DNA of 47,830 nucleotides from Gemmatimonadales bacterium (GCA_039794085.1 JBDIWC010000033.1:1-47830), one strand, 5' to 3'; shown: positions 1 through 10,298, counted from the stretch's first letter. A program made the numbers and translations. The notes: generated by a model not told the origin, from the letters alone.

Positions 1-125
1 CGTTCCCCAGCGCACGCTCAACCGGGTCGCCGACGAACTCAACGGCCGACCCCGGAAGACACTGGGGTTTCTCACCCCGGCGGAAGTCTTTCACCAAGCT
101 GTTGCATCGATCCCCTGAACCCGCA
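1..125 (+). mobile_element. IS30-family insertion sequence, 3' end (transposase C-terminus 2..118 plus right inverted repeat ~100..125)
   Basis: Frame 2 reads VPQRTLNRVADELNGRPRKTLGFLTPAEVFHQAVASIP*. LNxRPRKxLGxxTPxE is the IS30 transposase C-terminal signature. The stop overlaps TGTTGCATCGATCCCCTGAACCCGC, which resembles IS30-type right ends. Confidence 0.88.
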
Positions 126-370
126 GTTTGAAGTTTGAAGAAGGGGGTCATCCCGAGCGCGTAGCGAGGGATCTGAGGAGGTTCCCGGAGTACTTCCCGC
201 CGGCCGCGTTCACCGCCACGCTTGTTTCAACGACTGGCGTCGCAATCCGGACGACGGGGTGTAGGGGCCGTTCGCGAACGGCCCGTACATCACCTGTGGC
301 TTTCTCAGATCCCTCGCCTCCGGCTCGGGATGACCCCTTTCACCCTTCGAACTTCAAACTTCACACTTCA
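126..370. repeat. Composite inverted-repeat element: heptamer arm + REP-like hairpin / core with GTAG-REP / hairpin + heptamer arm
   Basis: TTTGAAGTTTGAAG..GTCATCCCGAGCGCGTAGCGAGGGATCTGAG (127-177) is mirrored by CTCAGATCCCTCGCCTCCGGCTCGGGATGAC..CTTCGAACTTCAAACTTCA (304-363). Internal palindrome GTAGGGGCCGTTCGCGAACGGCCC at 261-284. Confidence 0.8.
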
Positions 371-998
371 CCTTCGCCGCCAGCTCCCGCATGCTCGTGA
401 CGATCCCGCCGGTGGCGCCGTTGAGCCGGTGGGCCGGGGTGCGGAAGGCGAACCCGATCGACGTCATCCCCGCCGCGTTGGCCGCTTGAATGCCCCAGGG
501 GCTGTCCTCCACCACGACACACGCCGCCGGGTCCACGCCCATCGCCTGCGCCGCATGGAGGAAGAGGTCGGGGGCGGGCTTGCCACGGGCCACGTCGTCG
601 GCGCTGAAGATCCGTCCCCGGAAATGCTCCAGCAGGCCCGCGCCGCCGAGGGTGAACTCGATACGATGATGGGCCCCGCTGCTCGCGACACAGGTGGGGA
701 GGGTCAGGGCGGCGAGCAGGTCGCGAACTCCCGGCACGGGATGTACGTCCGTGCCGAGGTGAGCAAAGAGACGGTCGTGGTAGCGGGCCTCGAAGTCGCC
801 CGGGAGGGGGTTGGCGCCGCGAGCCAGGCAGGTTTCCCGCACATGCTTGAGGGAGGTGCCGAGATAGATCTCGATCGACTCCTCCAGAGTGGTGGGGACT
901 CCGCACTCGGTCAACAGGGCGGCGAGGACTGTGTTGGCCTGGAGTTCGGTGTCGACGAGGACGCCGTCGTTGTCGAAAATGACGAGATGGGGGGCCAT
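354..998 (-). CDS. HAD-superfamily hydrolase (IA, beta-PGM/CbbY-like phosphatase)
   Basis: Motif I FDNDGVLVDTE, motif II VASS, KPAPDLF and VVVEDSPWG. Start reassigned to MAPHLVIF. Confidence 0.92.
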   Translation of the reverse strand: MAPHLVIFDNDGVLVDTELQANTVLAALLTECGVPTTLEESIEIYLGTSLKHVRETCLARGANPLPGDFEARYHDRLFAHLGTDVHPVPGVRDLLAALTLPTCVASSGAHHRIEFTLGGAGLLEHFRGRIFSADDVARGKPAPDLFLHAAQAMGVDPAACVVVEDSPWGIQAANAAGMTSIGFAFRTPAHRLNGATGGIVTSMRELAAKVKCEV

Positions 999-1152
999 GA
1001 GGGAATGGTTAGAGGGAAATGGGGAATAGGGAACAGGGGCGACGCGCCCGAGTCGCCCGAGCACCAGGTTGCAACGAAAGCCGGTAGGCAGTGGGGGCGG
1101 CAACAGGGAATAGGAAATATAGGGAATGGTTAGAGGGAATAGGAAGATCAAT

Positions 1153-1231
1153 GTAGGGGCGAATGGCATTCGCCCCCGCAGGAAAAGCGGGACAGTTCGG
1201 GGAGCGTCACCCCCGGCGAACGCCGGAGTCT
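1153..1231 (+). repeat. GTAG-type REP hairpin (1153-1176) and dRS3-like hairpin (1206-1231)
   Basis: GTAGGGGCGAATGGCATTCGCCCC and GTCACCCCGGCGAACGCCGGAGTCTA. They follow a purine-rich GGGAAT(A/G) tract at 1001-1143. Confidence 0.7.
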
Positions 1232-1429
1232 ATTTGCACGGGCTGGGGGATGATAGCGACCCCAGGGAACCCGCGCCAATGTTTCGATCAGCAACGTGGC
1301 CCGATTCCCTCTCACGCAGTTTCCAGAAAAGTGATAGCTTGAGTTCGAGTGTCGCGTTCCGTGCGGCTCTTGTCACTTCGCCCCAGAATGCGATCCCATA
1401 GTCCGGTCCGACTCCCGCAGGAGGTCGTG

Positions 1430-1708
1430 ATGGATTCCGCCGTCCTCAATTGGCTCGATTCCGCCAGCATTCTGATCCTTCGGCTCGCCCTCGGCGGGCT
1501 CCTCCTGGTCAACCTCACCGCCGCAGTCGGGTACCTCAAGGCACCGGGACACCGCTTCGTGGATCGGTGGGCCTCGTCCTGGCTCGCCGCCAACCTGATC
1601 CTGCTCGGTGCCGGGGCGGGGGCACCTCTGGTGGCCGGAGTGGCGAAGTTGGTGGTGGCCGGAATGAGCGGCATGCTCGGCTCGGCCACACCCACCGTGG
1701 TCCCGTAG
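1430..1708 (+). CDS. Small membrane protein (92 aa), unknown function
   Basis: AGGAGG RBS before the ATG; two or three hydrophobic helices (ILILRLALGGLLLVNLTAAVGYL; WLAANLILLGAG). Confidence 0.6.
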   Translation: MDSAVLNWLDSASILILRLALGGLLLVNLTAAVGYLKAPGHRFVDRWASSWLAANLILLGAGAGAPLVAGVAKLVVAGMSGMLGSATPTVVP

Positions 1709-1803
1709 GAGAAGTGAGGGGAGAGGAGTGAGGAGCGAGAGGGGAGAAGGTCGCTGCTTGTGAAATCTTTCACAAATGACATGGGACCCCGGATCACAGC
1801 TAC

Positions 1804-2300
1804 TCACGCGAAGGGGGGCAGCGGCCATGCGTCACCCGGTCGTCATTCCGGCGAAACCCGGAATCCATGGCGCATGAGAGAAGGGGGCACACGAAGACAC
1901 GAAGACACGAAGGTTTTATAAGGGGGTCACGCGAAGACGCGAAGACGCGAAGGTGTCGAGGGCTAGTCAATGAGTGCGATCATGTGGTTCGAAGGAGCAT
2001 TGGCGATTGTATTGAAGGTGGAGTGGGGGCCAACCGAGGAGTGAGGGAAGAGGAGTGAGGAGTGAGAGAGAGGGGAGAGGAGGGAGGACGGGATTGATAA
2101 CCGCGCGAGGGTGAGACGACCTGGGTACCCGATGGCCAAGCTGGGTGGTGGTGTGGGGCTGCCCCTTCGTCACGGATCGGAGTTCGTGATGATCTTGGCG
2201 ACGGACACCCTTCGTGTCTTCGTGTGAGACAATTCCGGATCTCGCCTTGGTGAGGACGGTCCCAACGCAATCCCTTTCGCGTCTTCGCGTCTTCGCGTGA
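1804..2300. repeat. ~500-bp nested inverted-repeat (MITE-like) element, copy 1
   Basis: Outer arms TCACGCGAAG...CTTCGCGTGA; inner arms CACACGAAGACACGAAG (1888) / CTTCGTGTCTTCGTGTG (2210). 1806-2228 is colinear with and highly similar to 4376-4793. Confidence 0.88.
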
Positions 2301-2411
2301 GCCCATTCTGAATCCCGGCCCAGTGACGACCGCCTGGCTTGCGATGATGCCGACGTCTGCGCATTGTTCGCGACGGTCACGCCTCACCATCGTACCCCGT
2401 CCGGAGTCTCC

Positions 2412-3131
2412 ATGCGCCATGTCCTCCTCCTCGCCGCAGGTGTGTTCGCCTCCACCGGCTGCGGCGGTGCGCCCGCCGTCCCCGACGCCATGGCCCAGCC
2501 CGCCCCCAATGTGCTGACCGAGGAGGAACGAGCCGCGGGGTTCCGGCTCCTCTTCGACGGCCGGACCACAGCCGGGTGGAGGGGCTTCGGTCAGGAGACG
2601 GTTCCCGACGGCTGGCAGGTGGTGGACGGGGCGCTCACCCGGGTGGGACCGGGCCGCGACATCGTGACCACCGACACCTTTGCCAACTTCGAACTCCGGC
2701 TCGAGTGGAAGGTGGCCCCGGGGGGAAACAGCGGCATCCTCTTTCGCGTGTCGGAAGCCGCCGAGCAGACCTACCATACCGGCCCGGAGATGCAGGTGCT
2801 GGATGACGCGGGCCATCGCGACGGACAATCCCGACTCACCGCGGCCGGCTCCAACTACGGCCTCCACCCGGCGCCCGCCGGAGTGGTGCGTCCGGCGGAG
2901 AGCTGGAACTCGGTCCGGCTGGTGGTGAATGGCCCGAGCGTGCAGCAGTGGCTCAACGACTCCCTGGTGGTGTCGTATGAGCTCTGGTCCCCCGAGTGGG
3001 AGGAGCTGGTCCGGACCACCAAGTTTGCGCAGTGGCCCGGGTACGGCCGAGGCACCTCGGGGCACATTGCGCTCCAGGACCATGGCGACCGGGTGGCCTT
3101 CCGGTCGATCCGCCTGCTCGTTCTCCCATGA
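2412..3131 (+). CDS. DUF1080 / 3-keto-disaccharide hydrolase family lipoprotein
   Basis: Lipobox-like [35 protein letters not shown] and [15 protein letters not shown] motifs. Confidence 0.92.
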   Translation: MRHVLLLAAGVFASTGCGGAPAVPDAMAQPAPNVLTEEERAAGFRLLFDGRTTAGWRGFGQETVPDGWQVVDGALTRVGPGRDIVTTDTFANFELRLEWKVAPGGNSGILFRVSEAAEQTYHTGPEMQVLDDAGHRDGQSRLTAAGSNYGLHPAPAGVVRPAESWNSVRLVVNGPSVQQWLNDSLVVSYELWSPEWEELVRTTKFAQWPGYGRGTSGHIALQDHGDRVAFRSIRLLVLP

Positions 3132-4351
3132 CCCTCACCCGCGTTCGCCTCTCGGCGATGATGTTCCTCCAGTACTTCATCTGGGGGAGCTGGTTCGTCA
3201 CGATGGGCACCTATCTCGGTCAGACGCTCGGATTCTCCGGCCGGCAGGTCGGCCTGGCCTACGGGGCCACCGCCCTCGCGGCCCTCATCACCCCCTTCTT
3301 CATCGGGATGGTGGCGGACCGCTTCTTCGCCTCCGAAAAGCTGCTCGCCGTGCTCCACCTGGTGGGGGGCGGACTCATGTGGCTCCTCTCCCGGCAGACC
3401 GAGTGGACCCTGTTCTATCCCCTCCTGGTGGGATACGCGCTCTGCTACATGCCCACGCTGTCGCTCACCAACTCGATCGCCTTCCACCACATCGAGAATC
3501 CCACCCGCGACTTTCCGATCATCCGGGTGCTCGGCACCATCGGCTGGATCGTGGCCGGCATCGTGGTGGGGAAGGTGCTCCACGCCGACGCGCTCGCCAC
3601 TCCGATGCGGCTCGCGGCAGGGGCCTCGGTGGTGATGGGACTCTTTGCCCTCGCCCTCCCGGCCACTCCTCCCACCGCTGCCGGGAAGCCGTTCCAACTC
3701 CGTGACGCACTCGGCCTCGATGCGCTGGCCCTGCTCAAGGACCGGTCGTTCCTGGTGTTCGTGGCGGGCTCGTTCCTCCTCACCATCCCGCTCCAGTTCT
3801 ACTACGCCTTCACCAATCCGTTCCTGAACGAGATCGGGGTCGCCGAACCGGCGTTTCTGCAGACCTTCGGCCAGATGAGCGAGATCATCTTCATGATCTT
3901 CCTCCCGCTCTTTCTGGTCCGCTTCGGCATCAAGGCGGTCATGCTGGGCGGGATGCTGGCCTGGAGCCTTCGGTACGTGGCCTTTGCCCTGGGCAATGCC
4001 CACGACGCGATGTACCTCATCATGATCGGGATCCTGCTGCACGGCGTCTGCTACGACTTCTTCTTTGTCGGCGGGCAGATCTATACCGATGAACGGGCGG
4101 GGCCCGCCATTCGGGCCGCGGCGCAGGGGTTTCTCAACTTCGTCACCAACGGGGTTGGGTACTTCATCGGCGCCTTTGTGTCGGGCCAGGTGGTCGACGC
4201 CTACCGCCTGGCGGACGGGACCCACGCCTGGCGCAGCATCTGGCTGGTGCCGGCGGTGGGAGCGGCGGCGATCCTGGTCTGGTTTGCCCTCTTCTTCCGC
4301 CCGGGGCGCGAGGCGGGACCGATCGCGACACCGACACCGGGACCGGGGTAA
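3128..4351 (+). CDS. MFS transporter, nucleoside:H+ symporter (NupG/XapB-like) family
   Basis: [36 protein letters not shown] and [10 protein letters not shown] motifs; ~12 TM; ATGA overlap with the upstream gene. Confidence 0.92.
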   Translation: MTLTRVRLSAMMFLQYFIWGSWFVTMGTYLGQTLGFSGRQVGLAYGATALAALITPFFIGMVADRFFASEKLLAVLHLVGGGLMWLLSRQTEWTLFYPLLVGYALCYMPTLSLTNSIAFHHIENPTRDFPIIRVLGTIGWIVAGIVVGKVLHADALATPMRLAAGASVVMGLFALALPATPPTAAGKPFQLRDALGLDALALLKDRSFLVFVAGSFLLTIPLQFYYAFTNPFLNEIGVAEPAFLQTFGQMSEIIFMIFLPLFLVRFGIKAVMLGGMLAWSLRYVAFALGNAHDAMYLIMIGILLHGVCYDFFFVGGQIYTDERAGPAIRAAAQGFLNFVTNGVGYFIGAFVSGQVVDAYRLADGTHAWRSIWLVPAVGAAAILVWFALFFRPGREAGPIATPTPGPG

Positions 4352-4365
4352 AGTCGGGAAAGGGG

Positions 4366-4875
4366 TCACGCGAAGACGCGAAGGGGGGGCAACGGCCATG
4401 CGTCACCCGGTCGTCATTCCGGCGAATGGGGCATGAGAGAAGGGGGCACACGAAGACACGAAGACACGAAGACTTGTAAGGGGGTCACGCGAAGACGCGA
4501 AGACGCGAAGGTGCCGAGGGCGAGTCAATGAGTGCGATCGTGTGGTTCGAAGGAGCATTGGCGATTGTATTGGTGATGGGGTGGGGGCCAACCGAGGAGT
4601 GAGGGGAGAGGAGTGAGAAGTGAGAGAAAGGAGAGAGGAGGGAGGACGGGAAAGATAACCGCGCGAGGGTAAGACGACTTGGGTGCCCGATGGCCAAGCT
4701 GGGTGGTGGTGTGGGGCTACCCCTTGGTCACGGATCGGAGTTCGTGATGATCTCGGCGAAGAAAACCTTCGTGTCTTCGTGTCTTCGTGTGAGCCAACCG
4801 AGGAATGAGGAAAGAGGAGTGAGGAGTGAGGAGTGAGAGGGGGGCACCTCTTCGCGGCTTCGCGTCTTCGCGTGA
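4366..4875. repeat. ~500-bp nested inverted-repeat element, copy 2
   Basis: Outer arms TCACGCGAAGACGCGAAG (4366) / CTTCGCGTCTTCGCGTGA (ends 4875); perfect 25-bp inner inverted repeat 4447-4471 / 4767-4791; direct-repeat homolog of 1804-2300. Confidence 0.88.
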
Positions 4876-4946
4876 TCTGCTGTTCTTTGTTCAACGATGG
4901 CGAGTCACCAGACGTCTTGGGGTCGCCATGACACCAAGGAGTGACA

Positions 4947-6284
4947 ATGCCGAGTGACAAACTTCCGCGTCGAGAGTTCGTGCAGAGCGCCGCCGCGGCC
5001 GGTCTCTTTTCCATCGTGCCGCGCCGGGTTCTCGGTCGCGGATTCATCCCCCCGAGCGACCAGTTGGCGGTCGCGTGCATCGGGGTGGGCGGGATGGGCT
5101 GGAGCGACGTCCGCAATGTCGCGGCCGCGGGGGAGCGGATCGTGGCTCTCTGCGATGTCGACCAGAATGCGGCGGGAGACGCGTACCGGGCCCACCCGCA
5201 AGCCCGGCGCTACACCGATTTCCGGGAGCTGCTCGACCGGGAGCGGGATATCGACGCCGTCACCATCACGACACCCGACCATGCCCATGCGGTGATCACG
5301 CTCGCCGCACTCCGGGCCGGCAAGCACGTCTACACCCAGAAGCCGCTGGTCCGCACCCTGGGCGAGGTGGCGCTGGTGGAGGCGGAGGCCCGTGCACGGC
5401 CGGGACAGGTGACGCAGATGGGAAATCAGGGGCATGCGGGAGAGGGGGTGCGGCTCATGCGCGAGTGGGTGGAGGGGGGCCTCATCGGCACCGTGCGCGA
5501 GGTGCACTACTGGACCAATCGCCCGATCTGGCCGCAGGGGATTTCCCGGCCCACCGAGCTGCACGTGCCCGCGCCGACTCTCGACTGGAATCTCTGGCTT
5601 GGTCCCGCGGCGGAGCGGCCCTATCACCCGGCGTACGCACCCTTCCGCTGGCGTGGCTGGTGGGACTTCGGCACCGGCGCCCTGGGGGACATGGCGTGTC
5701 ATCTCCTGGATGCCGCCTACTGGATCCTCGATCTCGGCACGCCGAGCCGGATCGAACCGGAGGTGAGCCAGCGGTACCCGGAAACGGCGCCCAAGGCGTC
5801 GCGGGTCACCTTCCAGTATCCGGCCAGGGGGTCGAGGCCCCCGGTCACTGTCGTCTGGCGGGACGGGGCGCTGGTTCCGCCGCGGCCCCCGGGGTGGCCC
5901 GAGGGGGAGCTCTGGCCCTGGTCGAATGACGGGGGCCAGCTCTGGATCGGGGACGACGGGATGATGACGGCCGGAGTCTACGCCGAGTCCCCTCGGCTCC
6001 TCGATGCGGACCGGATGCGGGCGGTGACGGAGAAGCCACTGGCGGTGAAATATTTGCGCACCGAGGGGGTGCACAAGGAGTGGTTCGCGGCGATCAAGAA
6101 CAAGACGCGGGCGGGGAGTGACTTTGCCGGACACGCGGCAGGCTTGACGCGGATGGTGCTGCAGGGGTGCCTGGCGCAGCGGGTGGGGGTGGCGCTGGAG
6201 TTCGACCCGGCGACGGGGGCGCTCAAGAGCGAGGTGCCGGAGGAATACGTGGCGGCGGGGGCGCGGGCGGGGTGGAGCTTATGA
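4947..6284 (+). CDS. Tat-exported Gfo/Idh/MocA NAD-dependent oxidoreductase
   Basis: Tat motif PRREFV; IGVGGMG; TPDHAH; YTQKP; GALGDMACH; AAGGAG RBS. Confidence 0.93.
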   Translation: MPSDKLPRREFVQSAAAAGLFSIVPRRVLGRGFIPPSDQLAVACIGVGGMGWSDVRNVAAAGERIVALCDVDQNAAGDAYRAHPQARRYTDFRELLDRERDIDAVTITTPDHAHAVITLAALRAGKHVYTQKPLVRTLGEVALVEAEARARPGQVTQMGNQGHAGEGVRLMREWVEGGLIGTVREVHYWTNRPIWPQGISRPTELHVPAPTLDWNLWLGPAAERPYHPAYAPFRWRGWWDFGTGALGDMACHLLDAAYWILDLGTPSRIEPEVSQRYPETAPKASRVTFQYPARGSRPPVTVVWRDGALVPPRPPGWPEGELWPWSNDGGQLWIGDDGMMTAGVYAESPRLLDADRMRAVTEKPLAVKYLRTEGVHKEWFAAIKNKTRAGSDFAGHAAGLTRMVLQGCLAQRVGVALEFDPATGALKSEVPEEYVAAGARAGWSL

Positions 6285-6365
6285 AGTTCGAAGTTTGAAG
6301 GAGGGGCAGTTCGTGACCGCACCTTTTCTCCGGGGTCATCCCGAGCGAAGCGAGGGATCTGAGAA
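6282..6365. repeat. Heptamer arm + REP-like hairpin, same family as 126-177
   Basis: TGAAGTTCGAAGTTTGAAG directly at the stop codon, then GTCATCCCGAGCGAAGCGAGGGATCTGAG (6335-6363). Confidence 0.75.
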
Positions 6366-6797
6366 GATCGTCGGTGCACTTACCGTCGTCGGGCTCTCCC
6401 ATCGGCTTGTACGGGGACAGACTCAACGCAAAGTCGCAAGGACGCAGGGACGCCACGGTGGTTGGTCTTTCGCGGGCCCCCGCACCGGGGAACGGAACCC
6501 GGCATCGCACGGACCTTGGTCCCGGAAGGCTCAACCCACGTCAAAGCGGGAATCGCCGCATTTTGAAGTTTGAGGTTCGACGAATTGCAGGGGAACCCCG
6601 GTGATGATCGCATGATCCTCGACCTCATCGCTGTGTTCGTCCTGGCCGGCACGCGGATCAACGTAGATGCGAGGTGTTCTCCGACACGGCGGTAGCGTAT
6701 CCTTTGAACTCCCGGCCACTAGCATTGACGCCGTCATCCTGACTGCTCCAAACGTGCGCTCATGGTAGCGCGTTCATCGGAACAGGGGCCGTGACCG

Positions 6798-8798
6798 TCA
6801 CCCCAGCAGCGGAATTCCCAGGTCGCACAGGTAGCTGAAGGTGCCATCGTAAAACGCGGGGGCACGGGTGGGGTCCGTGGGATCGCCCCGCGGAACACAG
6901 ATCACCATTCCCTGTCGCGCACGTGTGAGCAGCACCCGATAGGCATTGACCATGTACTGCTGCCGGTCTTCTTTTTTCGCCCGCTGCCATGTCGTGCCGC
7001 GAAACTGATGATGAGTCCAACCCGTGGGATGATACCGGAGATCCGCATCCCATGTGACACAGGCCCAATCGAGCTCGAGTCCCTGGGTCTGGAACTCGGT
7101 GGCAGCGTCCTCCAGATAGTCGGAGGAGCGGGTGTCGGTGGGGTCGTTGAGGAACCAGGCAACCGGATCAACCTTGTAGCGTACGTCGATCGCATGCGGC
7201 TTCAACCGCATTGCCTGAGAGGATGCCACCAGACCACGCCGTTCGTTTCCGCGTGCGTGCGTTCGAATCCACTGCTTGGCTGCCGTCAGGTCTCGGGTCA
7301 ACGTGATAGGATACTTCCCGCACGCCGCTGCGAGGAGGTGGCGTGCCTCTGCGAGGTCATGATCGAGCACGGCTCGGACAAAATCCGAAACCCGCTCGGC
7401 GCGAAAGGACCGCATCGAGACCGCCAGGTGCAGATCCGCATCGTGGCACAGATGATTGCCGGCTTCCAGCCGTTGCAACGTCGCTGCGGTGGAGTGCTCA
7501 AGCTGAGCCAGTTGCGGTGACACGAAGAGATGCCAGTGTGGGAAATGTTGATCGATAGCGTCAAGCCAGGCGCCGATGCCCGCTTCTCCGGTGTTGATCT
7601 CCTGGCCATTGCCAACGAGGCAGACGATGACAGCCCAGTCCTGATGGCGGTCCATCAAGGAAATGAGGACTTCGGGTTCTGATTGATCGAACTCGGCAAG
7701 GTTCTTCTTCTGCCGCATGAACTTGGAGGTCTGGGCCGTGTTCCATGCTCTTTGAGCTTCGTCGAAAATGACGACCCGATCGGCAGGTGGCGTAGTGCCG
7801 TCCCGCAGTCCGTCGTCACGAAAGTGGTGCACGTTCTGGATGAATGGCTTGACCTTTTGGGCAACCACACCCTTCCGAACCTGCTCGCCGCAGGCGCGCC
7901 GGCGACCAAGCTCATCCCGTATCAGGGCCTCCCGGAGCACCGCGACCAAGGGGCCGTTGCCAGAGAGAAACACGGCATGGGTGGGTGAGCTTTCGTTGCG
8001 TCGGTGGGTCGCGATGGTCAAGCCGACAAGGGTCTTGCCCGCCCCGGGTACGCCGGTGACGAAAACGATCGCCTTTTGCCTTTCCCGGCGTGCTTGTTCG
8101 ACGACCTCCTCGACTCGCTTCGAGGTGATGGCCAGGTTCCGCGCGCCAGCGTCACTCCGTGAAATCGCTTCCACCGAGTGCCGGGCGTAGAGTGTCTGAG
8201 CCGCTTGGACTATCGTGGGAGTCGGATGGTATGGTGCTCGACCCCATGCTTCACCATCCAACGGCGGGCCCTCGGCGACCGCCACCCCAGTCGCGATCGC
8301 CCTGGCGAGTCCCAACTTGGGGCAGCAGTACGGTGGGTAGACACGATCATGGTGGGGCTCCCGCCACTCCCAATCACCCTTGTGAGCCTCAGTGGCCAGG
8401 AGCACCGGGAAAATCGGCGCATCGTGACTCGCACGGTGGAAGTTCTTGAGATCCAGCGCATAGTCCCATGCTTGGTTGATATCGGCCCTCCGGTAGGTGC
8501 TTTCCCCGGCTTTGACCTCGATCGGGAAGATGGCCGAGCTGGCGACCACGACCGCGTCGATCCGACTGCCAAGCCGCGGAACATCGAACTCCATGTACAG
8601 GTGCCCCTCGATGCCCACGAGGGCGAGGCGAAGGATCGCTATGCTCGCCTCCCATGCGGTGCGCTGGGAGATGTCGATATCGAATCCGCTCGCCTGGGTG
8701 ATGGTTCCCAGAGTGGTTACATCAGATTGGGCAAAGAAGTCTGCGATCGATATCGAGAGATAAGCCGACGGGCGAGGTTTGCTCGATTGAGTGGGCAT
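6798..8798 (-). CDS. DUF2075 (Schlafen group 3-like) SF1 helicase with N-terminal PD-(D/E)xK/NERD-like nuclease domain
   Basis: N-terminal EF..PRLGSRIDAVV..IEVK; Walker A GVPGAGKT; Walker B IFDEAQR; QGLELD; NAYRVLLTRAR. Start set at MPTQSS. Confidence 0.88.
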   Translation of the reverse strand: MPTQSSKPRPSAYLSISIADFFAQSDVTTLGTITQASGFDIDISQRTAWEASIAILRLALVGIEGHLYMEFDVPRLGSRIDAVVVASSAIFPIEVKAGESTYRRADINQAWDYALDLKNFHRASHDAPIFPVLLATEAHKGDWEWREPHHDRVYPPYCCPKLGLARAIATGVAVAEGPPLDGEAWGRAPYHPTPTIVQAAQTLYARHSVEAISRSDAGARNLAITSKRVEEVVEQARRERQKAIVFVTGVPGAGKTLVGLTIATHRRNESSPTHAVFLSGNGPLVAVLREALIRDELGRRRACGEQVRKGVVAQKVKPFIQNVHHFRDDGLRDGTTPPADRVVIFDEAQRAWNTAQTSKFMRQKKNLAEFDQSEPEVLISLMDRHQDWAVIVCLVGNGQEINTGEAGIGAWLDAIDQHFPHWHLFVSPQLAQLEHSTAATLQRLEAGNHLCHDADLHLAVSMRSFRAERVSDFVRAVLDHDLAEARHLLAAACGKYPITLTRDLTAAKQWIRTHARGNERRGLVASSQAMRLKPHAIDVRYKVDPVAWFLNDPTDTRSSDYLEDAATEFQTQGLELDWACVTWDADLRYHPTGWTHHQFRGTTWQRAKKEDRQQYMVNAYRVLLTRARQGMVICVPRGDPTDPTRAPAFYDGTFSYLCDLGIPLLG

Positions 8799-9083
8799 CT
8801 CACCTGCCGATCGGGTGCGAAACGGGAGCCGAGCCAAAGACCACGAAGCTGACCAAGGGATTATGCCCAAGGTTGGGTGTTTGCACCAGGCCCACGCCCT
8901 GGGGTGACGGTGCCCTTGGGATGACTTGGTGCAGTGCGTGAACCGGTGTCCTCCAAGGACCCCGGTGCCACCGCCCTGGCCCTGGTTTCAGGCTGGCCTA
9001 CCCTGCGGGAGGGCGAGCGGCGTAAATTCCCTCTGTGTAACTCCCGCGATCGAGGACATCCGCCGAAAGGTCGCCGGAGCCAC

Positions 9084-9230
9084 GAGATCCTCGGCCGAGA
9101 CGTCGACGTTGCGACCCGAGGCTCGCTGCACCCGACGCTGCGGGACCGGATCATCGGGGAGCTGGTTCCGGTCCTATGAAACGGGGCATCGATATACCCC
9201 TCGGCGAGATCCTCGAGGCCATAGCCCTTC
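9084..9230 (+). pseudogene. Remnant of MNT antitoxin 3' end and HEPN/DUF86-like toxin 5' end
   Basis: EILGRDVDVATRGSLHPTLRDRIIGELVPVL* overlaps (ATGA) MKRGIDIPLGEILEAIAL; near-duplicate of 11351-11497. Confidence 0.7.
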
Positions 9231-9245
9231 CAGCCCGGGCTCCAA

Positions 9246-9293
9246 CCCGGGGTCATCTTGCGGGGAGGGTGATTGAGGTGCAGTTTACCTTGA
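9246..9293 (+). repeat. Conserved 47-48 bp gene-leader motif L, copy 1 of 4 (others 10441-10487, 11513-11559, 14314-14360)
   Basis: Ungapped alignment of four copies; consensus ccCGGGGTCATCTTGCGnnnnGGGynnTTGAnnTGCAGTATACnTGA; each ends 4-63 bp upstream of a start codon. Confidence 0.8.
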
Positions 9294-9317
9294 CACCGAA
9301 TGGGTCGCCGCTATAAG
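9290..9317 (+). promoter_or_regulatory. Putative sigma70 promoter for the DUF433 operon
   Basis: TTGACA-16 nt-TATAAG, 40 bp upstream of ATG 9357. Confidence 0.5.
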
Positions 9318-9356
9318 AGCGCGGGGATGTACTTCGGTCCTGCGCGAGGTTCCCTG

Positions 9357-9587
9357 ATGAACGAACTCACCCGAATCACGATCGACCCGCAGGTCATGGG
9401 AGGCAAGCCATGCATCCGGGGCCTGCGGATGACCGTTGGCACTCTCGTGGGTCTCGTGGCTACCGGCCGATCGAAGGAAGAGATCCTCGCGCTCTACCCA
9501 TATCTCGAAGCGCCCGACATCGCCGAGGTCCTCTCCTATGCGGCATGGCGTAGTGAAGAAATCGAGGTTCCCCTCGCGCGCGCGTGA
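9357..9587 (+). CDS. DUF433 family antitoxin
   Basis: RITIDPQVMGGKPCIRGLRMTV..EEILALYPYLE..DI..LSYAA. Confidence 0.95.
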   Translation: MNELTRITIDPQVMGGKPCIRGLRMTVGTLVGLVATGRSKEEILALYPYLEAPDIAEVLSYAAWRSEEIEVPLARA

Positions 9588-9953
9588 AACTCCTCGTCGA
9601 CATGAACCTGTCCCCGTCGTGGGTGCCCGTGCTCGAAAGCCACGTTGTTCACCGCTGTACACTGGTCCGCGGTTGGTGACGGCCGCGACCCGGATCACGT
9701 GCTTCTCCGCTGGGCTCGCGACAATGGACATGTCGTGTTCACCAACGACCTCGATTTCGGAGCAATTCTCGCAGTCGGCCGGGCGACCGCGCCGAGCGTT
9801 GTGCAGGTCCGCACCCAGGACGTAACCCCCGAGCGCCTGACCGCCCTTCTCGTTCGCGCTTTGAGACAACACGAGGTCATCCTCCAGCAGGGTGCGCTCA
9901 TCACGATCGATGAGATTCGCCTGCGGTCGCGCATTCTACCCCTGGTCCGATAA
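9584..9953 (+). pseudogene. DUF5615 PIN-like (VapC45-like) toxin, frameshifted
   Basis: GTG overlapping the DUF433 stop gives MKLLVDMNLSPSWVPVLESH. The continuation FTAVHWS..VVFTNDLDFG is in the +1 frame (one extra base near 9644). Confidence 0.85.
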
Positions 9954-10117
9954 ACGAGGCTCCAGCCGGCTGAAAGGGGCTCGCCTCTGTGCCAGGAGTT
10001 CTCGGGGCTGTCGCTCCTTGCTCGGCAGCGTGAGGTGGGAAGAGTAGCTCACGAACCGCCCCCCACACGCCACGAGGAGCATGGGTGAGTCCCCGGCCGT
10101 GTGAACGGCCTCTCGCC

Positions 10118-10298
10118 GCCGAGCCCGGGGCGTCAGCCCCGTGGTTCACAACGCGAGTGGTGCACGCGACCTGGGATCGATGATCGGGGAGTTCCCATCG
10201 TGCCACGCCGTTGACTCCAGACGTCCCGGGGCTCTCGCCCCTTGCTCGGTCGCGTTTATCAATGAACAATCACCCGTGAACAATGAACAGGCCGAGGC
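10118..10298 (+). repeat. Spacer module R (near-full second copy 12228-12370; partial copies ~10001-10037 and ~14097-14160)
   Basis: GCCGAGCCCGGGGCGT.AGCCCCGTGGTTCACAACGCGAGTGGTGCACG...CCCGGGGCTCTCGCCCCTTGCTCGG is shared between copies. Confidence 0.85.

Noticed and set aside
2170..2230. Coding remnant (..VAKIITNSDP*) inside the 500-bp element
   Set aside because: Too short to assign; copy 2 differs upstream of it.
9246..9262. Motif L as a sigma54 promoter
   Set aside because: GG to GC spacing is 9, not 10, and there is no TGGCAC.
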